From Octopus vulgaris (lineage: Eukaryota): DNA of 64,000 nucleotides. The notes under the pieces were generated by a model. It did no database searches and had not been told where the DNA came from. It saw nothing but the letters and a program-made list of their open reading frames with translations. The DNA lies in assembly GCA_951406725.2 (NCBI GenBank), contig OX597815.1, positions 5,208,001-5,272,000 of the forward strand, written 5' to 3'. A program made the translations under genes and the position numbers. Positions 55,277-64,000 of this stretch are shown piece after piece (position 1 is the first letter of the stretch; each line of letters starts with the position of its first letter).

Positions 55277-56686
55277 TTATAAGATTGATAAACAAGAATG
55301 AGTAATATGATTGATACATGTGAAAGAGTTATAAGATTGATACATGTGAAAGAGTTACAAGATTGATATATGTGAAAGAGTTATAAGATTGATACATGTG
55401 GAAAAGTTATAAGATTGATATATATGAAAGTATTTGAAGATTGATACATGTGAAAGAATTACAAGATTGATGCATGTGAAAGAGCTTAACTGTTATTGGT
55501 GCTGTGATCGAATGTGACTTTTATTTGCTTTTTAAGGCTACAGCCAGCCATTCAGTTGAGACTCACAGCACCATCAACAATCATGAACAATGTTGTTATC
55601 GTGCAATGTCTGAGCAAGGAGATTTTTTTTAAAGTGAGGAAAGGCTGTGCACTGAGTCAATCCCACTCACTAAGCAACAGCAGCCATAATGCGAAAAGAA
55701 GAACAAGTCAACATCATCGGTAACCACTGAGCCGCAGGTTTTATGTCGGAGTTATCCCAGTTACCTGAGTTACCTTCTCCTAGAAGGATGCCCTAACAAA
55801 GGCTAGGAGTCCTTCACTCCCAGTGATTGATACATGTGAAAGAATTACAAGATTGATACATGTGAAAGAGTTATAAGATTGATACATGTGAAAGAGTTAC
55901 AAGATTGATACATGTGAAAGAGTTATAAGATCGATACATGTGAAAGAATTACAAGATTGATACATGTGAAAGAGTTATAAGATTGATACATGTGAAAGAG
56001 TTACAAGATTGATACATGTGAAAGAGTTATAAGATCGATACATGTGAAAGAATTACAAGATTGATACATGTGAAAGAGTTATAAGATTGATACATGTGAA
56101 AGAATTACAAGATTGATACATGTGACAGAGTTATAAGATTGATACATGTGAAACATTTATAAGATTGATACATGTGAAAGAGTTATAAGATTGATACATG
56201 TGAAACAGTTATAAGATTGATACATGTGAAAGAGTTATAAGATTGATACATGTGAAAGAGTTATAAGATTGATACATGTGAAAGAGTTATAAGATTGATA
56301 GCGTTAAAGACTTACAAGAGTGATACATGTGAAAGAGTTATAAATTGATTGTGAAAGAGTTACAAGATTGATACATGTGAAAGAGTTATAAGATTGATAC
56401 ATGTGAAAGAGTTACAAGATTGATACATGTGAAAGAGTTATAAGATTGATACGCGTTAAAGACTTACAAGAGTGATACATGTGAAAGAGTTATAAGATTG
56501 ATTGTGAAAGAGTTACAAGATTGATACATGTGAAAGAGTTATAAGATTGATAGATGTGAAAGAGTTATAAGATTGATACATATGAAAGTATTTGAAGATT
56601 GATACATGTGAAAGAATTACAGGATTGATGCATGTGAAAGAGTTATAAGATTGATTCATGTGAAAGAGTTACACGTGAAAGAGTTG
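55277..56686. repeat. 26 bp minisatellite interrupted by a LINE fragment
   Basis: Unit GATTGATACATGTGAAAGAGTTATAA, roughly 40 copies. Confidence 0.95.
55490..55823 (-). mobile_element. RTE-like LINE 5' fragment
   Basis: Reverse complement of 22152-22387 plus an extension. Confidence 0.65.
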
Positions 56687-57173
56687 TTTCCCATTCTCAC
56701 CGAATGCATCCCCCACCCACATAATAATTATTTAATTTTTGTATTTTGTTTGCAAGATCCTTAATGTGAATTCGTGAGGTGAAAAATATTTTGTTGCAGC
56801 TCGGTTGGGTCAGGCAGACAAACCCGGATTAGGGAGCGCACATCATTCATGATGTCACAAATAGCGACATTAGATCTTTGATAAACCTCACTGATTGATT
56901 AACCGAATGGTTAATCATACAATCAATTAGTTAATTGGTTAAATAGTTTACCAATTGATAAATAAGTAACAAAGAAGTGAAATATAACCTGCGCGAGTGT
57001 TTATTATAGGCATAATGACTCCAATGCATTTTGCATTAAATATGGTAACAATGGCTTAATTTATAGAATATTCCAAAGCTCTGAGGCTCTGTTAAATCCA
57101 TCACCACACTACCCACCCCCGTCTGAGAGTGATGGGAATAGGTTCTAGACAAAATAGAAGTTGTGTGTGTGTA

Positions 57174-57236
<63 letters not shown>

Positions 57237-57260
57237 TGGAATACTTCAATGTGGACTTAC

Positions 57261-57392
57261 CTTGTTGTACAGCTATCTGTGTGTAAAATCCATACCCAGA
57301 TCCAATTTGAAGGCAGATGGACACACATCGAATACATTGATTTGAGGTTGATCCAGATCGATCTGCCATCGATTTGTCAACAGCTGTGTCAA
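57261..57392 (-). other. Candidate 132 nt exon
   Basis: Acceptor CTCTCTCCATTGCTACAG, consensus donor AAG|GTAAGT; open frame DTAVDKSMADRSGSTSNQCIRCVSICLQIGSGYGFYTQIAVQQ. Confidence 0.45.
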
Positions 57393-57902
57393 CTGTAGCA
57401 ATGGAGAGAGTCTAGCCGTAAGAATTCTAAGAAATACGATTGCTGCATTGATTTCAATGGTATTTTCTGATACGATAGGATGATCGTTGGTGTACGTTGG
57501 GTAGAAAATGGCTTTTGCTCGGGATATTACACGGAAAATATGAAACAAATTATAAGAAAAAGCAGTAATCTTGATCTCCAAATTAACACGGAAGTTGTGT
57601 TAGAACACAAAATTCTGCGTTATTTGTCACGGGAGGACACTTTCTGCTATGGCGGCTGTGGCAGACGGTTATTGCCAGTCAACGATATAAACACGGGCGC
57701 TTTTATGCACCACGTGGCCTTATGAGGGATCTTCTCAAGGGAAATAACCCAGTGTTAAGTTGAAAGGTCGAGATTACCTTTAGGTATTAATATTGCGTAT
57801 GTCGCTATTATCAGAAGGTTAATCACAACTTTTCACCTGTACTGTGACTGATACACAAACACACGCAAACACACACATACATGCAGTGTTGAGCATGACC
57901 AA

Positions 57903-58005
<103 letters not shown>

Positions 58006-58200
58006 GAGAAGTCAGAGAAAATTCTAATATATGTGTATATTTTTCATCTGTCCTGCCCGCCAAATATGGTTCTGGTGTTCGCTGAATTTTTTCCTCTACA
58101 GAATTTCCTTGTAGTTTGATCGTTGATGGTCTATTTCTAGCATTCGGCCGACTTCCTAGCAGTAAGCCCTGCCAATATATACATATATATATATATATTT

Positions 58201-59146
58201 CAGAATGTTTGGTGCCAATCTGAGAACAGTGCAGAAGATTCAGAAAGAGTTGGATGAGTCTAACGGGGATTACGAAGGTACGGCAGCTCGCAAAACTCGC
58301 TCTGATTGTTCTGATAGGAAAAGGACTCTTAAATTTGCTGGTGAGATCCGGGCCATGATTGACAACGATCCCGCCAAGTCAATCAGGTCCATCGCTAGGG
58401 ACATGGCAGTGTCTGAGTTTCTTATCAGGCAGGCAAATGCATGAAGACATTCGGTATTCCTCATACGAAATGAGAAAGGGCCAATTTTTATCCCGAGCCA
58501 TCAACGACAAGAGGAAAGACCGCGCTACGAAGCTTTTGAACAAATTCAAGCATCCTCTCCAACCGAACATGATTCGGTTTTTCTCAGACGAGAAAAATTT
58601 CTGTCAGAATCAGATGGTGAACACACAGAACAACCGTTGGCTTGATGTGTCCCCAAGACATGTACCGAGAGTGATAAAAAGCAAACATCCACTCAACATC
58701 ATAGTGTTTGGAGTGATCACTAGTGATCACTGCACCATGCCACACAAACAGGAGAACCCAGTCATGGTTGTCAAACCTGCGACATCATCACCCCTAATAT
58801 CTGGCCACCTAACTCCCCGGACTGCCACCCCCTTGATTATTATGTGTGAGGCACAGTTGAATGAGAGACCAACAAAACTCCTTGTAACACCAAAGATGAA
58901 CTGAAGGCAAGGATTATGGCAGCATTCACCAATTTAAACAAGGAGACCATCCAGAATAGTTGCAGGAGATTCCAAAGTCGTCTGGAGGCCATGGTTGAAG
59001 CTAATGGCGATTTTATTAAATAAATTTACTCTTTAGTATTCCAAGATATTTTTATGTAATTTTGGTGAATATATCTCTTAAAATAAGACGTCAGTGTTAT
59101 TTTCATTTTTGCTTAATTTAGACGACAATTTATTCACCGCACCCTG
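58201..59146 (+). mobile_element. Tc1/mariner-superfamily (maT/DD37D-like) transposon remnant
   Basis: SIRSIARDM, FFSDEKNF, VFGVITSD, WPPNSPDCHPLDYY; 3' TIR ending CACCCTG+TA. Confidence 0.85.
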
Positions 59147-59574
59147 TATAAACACATACATTTATAAAATATAAATTATATATACATGTATAATTAGATC
59201 GATATAAACATCTCACCACCACCACCACCACCACCACCACCATCATCATCACCACCATTATTATTATTATTATTGTCCAATAAAAGAAATTATCATATCT
59301 TGTGAACTAATTTATTTAGAATCGTTGATTGCTTTCTCCGATAGCATTCCTCTAATATTTATATATTTGTATAACCAGCTTCAATCATTCTGTCTCGAGA
59401 TTAGAATTTGATATATCGGTGAACTGGTGTAAGTTAATCTCTCATGCGTTTGCTGCGCCGGTGAGTAATGTGGCTGGCCAGGTAGAGAGGAAGCAGGTGA
59501 GGCTGGCTTTGGAACGCGAAGCTTATACGGTACACTCTTCTCGGCTATATTTGAATGGATGAATAAATATACGT

Positions 59575-60235
59575 GTGGGTGGGTGTATGCTTACAGGTGT
59601 GTGTGTGTCTATGCTTACAGGTGTGTGTGTGTATATGTATATGCTTACAGGTGTGTGTATTCTTACAGGTGTGTGTGTGTATGCTTACAGGTGTGTGTGT
59701 ATGCTTACAGGTGTGTGTGTATACTTACAGGTGTGTGTGTGTGTATGCTTACAGGTGTGTGTGTATGCTTATATGTGTGTGTGTGTATGCTTACAGGTGT
59801 GTGTGTATGCTTATATGTGTGTGTGTATGCTTACAGGTGTGTGTGTATGCTTACAGGTGTGTGTGTGTGTGTGTATGCTTACAGGTGTGTGTGTGTATGC
59901 TTACAGGTGTGTGTGTATGCTTACAGGTGTGTGTGTATGCTTACAGGTGTGTGTGTATGCTTATATGTGTGTGTGTGTGTGTATGCTTACAGGTGTGTGT
60001 GTATGCTTATATGTGTGTGTGTGTATGCTTACAGGTGTGTGTGTATGCTTATATGTGTGTGTGTGTGTATGCTTACAGGTGTGTGTGTATGCTTACATGT
60101 GTGTGTGTCTATGCTTACAGCTGTGTATGTATCCATGCTTACATGTGTGTTTGTGTGTGTATGCTTACATGTGTGTGTCCTTACATGCATGTTTGTGTGT
60201 GCGTATGCATATTTACAGGTGTGTGCTTATGCTCA
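59575..60235. repeat. Minisatellite TATGCTTACAG(GT)n
   Basis: Fixed 11-mer alternating with variable GT tracts, about 28 units. Confidence 0.93.
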
Positions 60236-60334
60236 CATGATTGTTTGTGTGTGTGTGTGTGTTTACACGCGTGTGTTTGTGTGTGTAGTAACAGTAGAAG
60301 AAAGTCCCGTCGTGTTTTTGTCATCTTTATTTTT

Positions 60335-60760
60335 TTTTACCTTTTATGTTTTCGTCCATCTGACTCCGGCCATGCTGGGGCACCGCCTTGAAGAATTTGT
60401 AGTCGAAGGAATCGACTCCAAGTACTTATATTTTCCAAGCCTGGTGTTTATTCCATCGGTCTTTTTGCCGGGTCAAGTTACTGGGACGTAAACATAACCA
60501 CACCGGTTGCCAAGCAGTGGGAGGGGACATACACGGACACAAAGACACACACATACGCACAGGCGCAACCTCCCATCCCCCCCACACACACATAGAGTAC
60601 AGACTTCTTTCAGTTTCCGTTTACCAAATCCTTCCACAAAACTTCAGTTGGCCTGAAGCTATATCAGAAAACACTTGCCCACGTTGCCACACAGTGGGAC
60701 TGAACCCAGAACCGTGTGGCTGGGAAGCAAACTTCTTGCCACACACCCACGCCTGTGCCA
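60335..60760 (-). mobile_element. SINE family A, older diverged copy
   Basis: Diverged match across the full length. Confidence 0.8.
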
Positions 60761-61151
60761 TGCTCACGTTTAGGGGACTTTCTCAAATTCTGCGATAATC
60801 AACCGATAACTTTTTACATTCCGATGTTTTTCCTTTCTTTCGGGTTTCTTTATGCCTTAGTGACCTCCTTTGCCTTTCATCCTTTCGTTGGGGGATTGAT
60901 TGATCCGTGTCTATAATAAAAGACACTTGCTCCAGGTTCCATGCAGTGGAACTGAACCCGGATCTATGTGGTTAGAAAACAAGCTATTTGCTTCTATCTA
61001 TAGTTAAAAACTGAATTTCGCTTGACTCAAGCTTCGGACAAAAGCTGTTTTTCTTTTTTCCATGATCACTATGTTAGATGGGCTTCAATTTTGGCCGTGT
61101 TTGTGTGTATTGTTTTTAAAAGTTACTATTATTATTATTATTATTATTATT

Positions 61152-61591
61152 GAGTGAGAGAGCAGTTCATGCCATCAAAGTGACACTGGGGTAAAATATA
61201 CGAAGCCCAATATACCCATCATGACTACCCGTCTGATAAGGGTACACCAGGCACATGCATCACAACCATATGTGCGCGACATGGTGATATCAAGATAAAT
61301 AGCGCATGATCTTGCAGGTGGGGCCCAGTTAGAAATTTCTTCAGGTTGAGTAGCCCATCCCGCTCAAAAGGTCCCTGAATAAGGGTTGTTTAAGGATGTT
61401 GAACGAACCACCCATGTTTCCAGAGGTGAATTATTCAAACCCCAAAGAATCCCTCTCAACACATGGCTATGATACTCCCCCACTACTTCTGCTCGTGATC
61501 AGAGACGCACATATCGTCAGCCACTAAGGGACATGCTCAACTGGTTAAGGTCAAACAACTGACAAGCAAATCTGTGGTATTGAGCAGAATA

Positions 61592-61592
<1 letters not shown>
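61152..61592 (-). mobile_element. (TAA)n-associated non-coding element, truncated copy
   Basis: Homologous to 44351. Confidence 0.78.
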
Positions 61593-61668
<76 letters not shown>

Positions 61669-61670
<2 letters not shown>

Positions 61671-62020
61671 TATGTTTGACTTTTGCTTTACATTTGTACA
61701 AATTGGCTCCAAGTCTCACCCAGAGACCTCAAGAGACAACAAGTTGGAAGTTCATGTTGGTGTTATGCCTAGGGTGCCATATATTTGGTTTTGTACTTAG
61801 TGTTGTACTAGTGAATGTCTAAAAAACCATTCGAAAAAAATCATGTTTGTTTTAAAACTTGAGATTACATAGAAAGTATTTTGTATAGGACATGAGCAGT
61901 TCCCATGAGCACAGTATTTTGAATTTCTACCATTTTGGGGTTTCCTGGTATCTGAGTTAGGTAGCAATCAGCCCCTTTTGCTACCATTCCCAGGGCACCC
62001 ATGACAACAGGTATTTTTAT
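61669..62020 (-). mobile_element. R4/Dong 3' fragment
   Basis: IPVVMGALGMV..IPGNP..EIQNTVLMGTAHVL. Confidence 0.85.
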
Positions 62021-62023
62021 TAG

Positions 62024-62092
<69 letters not shown>

Positions 62093-62601
62093 GAGTAAGA
62101 GAGCAGCACATGCCATCAAAGTGAAACTGGGGTACAAATGTACGAAGCCCAAAATACCCATCATGACTATCCGTTTGTTAAGGGTACACCAGGCACATGC
62201 ATCACAACCATATATGTGCGACATGGTGATCATATATCAAGATAAACAGCATATGACTTTGCAAGTGGGGCCCAGTTAAAATTTTCTTCAGGTCATGTAG
62301 CCCATCTCGCTCAAAATGTCCCAGAATAAAGTTTCTTTAAGGATGATGAACGATACACCCATTTTTCCAAAGGTTATTCAAACATCCCAAAACTCCTCTC
62401 AACACATGCCTTTGATGCTACCCAACAACTACCCTTGTGCATATCATCAGCCACCAAGAGATATGCCCAACTGGTTAAGGTCAAACAAGTGACAAGAAAA
62501 TCTGTGGTATTGAGCAGAATATTTGCTGTAACCCATCTTTTATACCAAGACAAAATAGTTATATGACAACACTTTCAACCAGTTAAGATCAGAAGCCATG
62601 A
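62093..62601 (-). mobile_element. (TAA)n-associated non-coding element, diverged copy
   Basis: Homologous to 44351. Confidence 0.75.
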
Positions 62602-62624
62602 CTATTATTATCATTATTATTTTT

Positions 62625-63062
62625 TTTTGTCCTTCTCTCTTCAAATGTTCTTCCGTTTCTCGCCGAGTATTTTCCGTACACCTACGGCAGAGAAGCTCAT
62701 TGTATGCATTCCCAGATTACACACGCAAATTCACAGGTAAAATATGTATTTAAAAAAATTAATGAATAAATAAATTCATGAATGGATGTTGTTTTCGCAG
62801 CGATAATGCTCTTCTCAGTACATGAGTTGTTCCAGTTAACACGATTTTTTGCTCTTCCTGTAGGGATGGTAAGCCTGGTATCATTTTCAAATAGGTTTCA
62901 ATACCTTTCTTTTTATCATTCCTAGAGATCCTGTAATCACTGGTACTGTAGTCGCCTTGAGGTGTCACATTTTTTCAATTTCTATTAGCAAGTCTTTATA
63001 TTTACTGATCTTGTCAAATTCTTTCGCCGTTATATTGTGATCGCAAGGAATACTCATGTCAA
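62625..63062 (-). mobile_element. R4/Dong 3' fragment (third subfamily)
   Basis: YLKMIPGLPSLQEEQKIVLTGTTHVLRRALS; 3' UTR also at 45000-45116 and 50430-50490. Confidence 0.82.
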
Positions 63063-63177
63063 AGGAATACTCATGTTATTATTATTATTATTATTATTAT
63101 AATTATTATTATTGTTGTTGTTGTTGTTGTTGTTGTTTTTGTTGTTATTATTATTATTATTGTTATTATTATTATTA

Positions 63178-63234
<57 letters not shown>

Positions 63235-63299
63235 TATTATTATTAATATTATTATTATTATTAGGAAACATCTCAGCTTATTTTGCTGGGTATGATGGA

Positions 63300-63570
63300 G
63301 AGTGCCCGCCGTCCACAGGCAGAAAACTAAAGTGACATTTGTTGTCTGACCATGCTTCAAGAAGTCTGCGGAGAACTCTTGCAGTTCCAAGCAAAGACGA
63401 ATTTTGTAGGGGTCCTATTTACATTTGTTCCAGTTTTTTGAAGCCATGTTTGTAGTTGGGTCCTGATACTTCCAAGTATATCAATTACTATTGGTACCAG
63501 GTCCACTTTCTTCATTGCCCATAAACTGCATTGTTCCCATTTCAATTCATCATGGGTTTTGTAGCTGATG
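63300..63570 (-). mobile_element. Diverged R4/Dong-like 3' fragment
   Basis: LWAMKKVDLVPIVIDILGSI. Confidence 0.6.
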
Positions 63571-63912
63571 GACCCTGGACAAAACAAAAATGTAATTTAC
63601 ACTGCTTTGAACAAAACGTAAACCATCGGAGATGACCTAGGGCTATACATCATAACAAGATAGCAGCAGCAGCTGCAGCAGCAACTACGACGACAACAAA
63701 AACACAAGGAACAACAGCAACAACAATATTGTTTTTGCTGTAAAGATTTCATGCATTTGTGTACGAGTTTAGAATGTTAATAATGACAGCATAAAGTCTG
63801 CCATTTTGAATAATAGCTTTGAAAAAAATCTATAAAGTGAACGATGCTAAACCAGAATCTCATAAACGACCTCTAGGTATATACACATTGTGTATACAGA
63901 CTTATACGCACA

Positions 63913-63972
<60 letters not shown>

Positions 63973-64000
63973 CACTGAATGTAAGCACACACTCTATATA

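Noticed and set aside
55277-56686. CRISPR-like regular repeats
   Set aside because: Units are contiguous with no unique spacers, no cas genes, eukaryotic context
57330-57412. SLHCYS*HSC* read as a selenoprotein or three-finger start
   Set aside because: Overlaps a better-explained splice acceptor; no SECIS or matching Cys pattern seen
59575-60235. Repeat-spacer array resembling CRISPR
   Set aside because: Spacers are only (GT)n length variants

Overview
AT-rich, repeat-saturated animal genomic DNA with no recognisable intact host protein-coding gene. The SINE families and microsatellite density look like an octopus/cephalopod genome (inference). The window contains: (i) dozens of tRNA-derived SINEs from at least four modular families; (ii) an internally deleted L1/Tx1-like LINE (~1.7-6.6 kb) carrying three nested insertions, including a Tc1 element with both TIRs and a TA duplication; (iii) many R4/Dong-type RLE-LINE fragments and a non-coding ~555 bp element, all within (TAA)n tracts; (iv) mariner and maT-like remnants, CR1-group and RTE-like LINE pieces; (v) a 3.7 kb (GAT)n array and several minisatellites. 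The most notable signal is a set of minimal type I hammerhead-ribozyme motifs from several Penelope-like pLTR families, with co-varying palindromic stem III and some atypical cores. A few candidate splice-bounded exons suggest a possibly non-coding transcript. Most ORFs in the supplied track are microsatellite or SINE artefacts. All alignments and folds were done by eye; boundaries are approximate unless a TSD or TIR is quoted.
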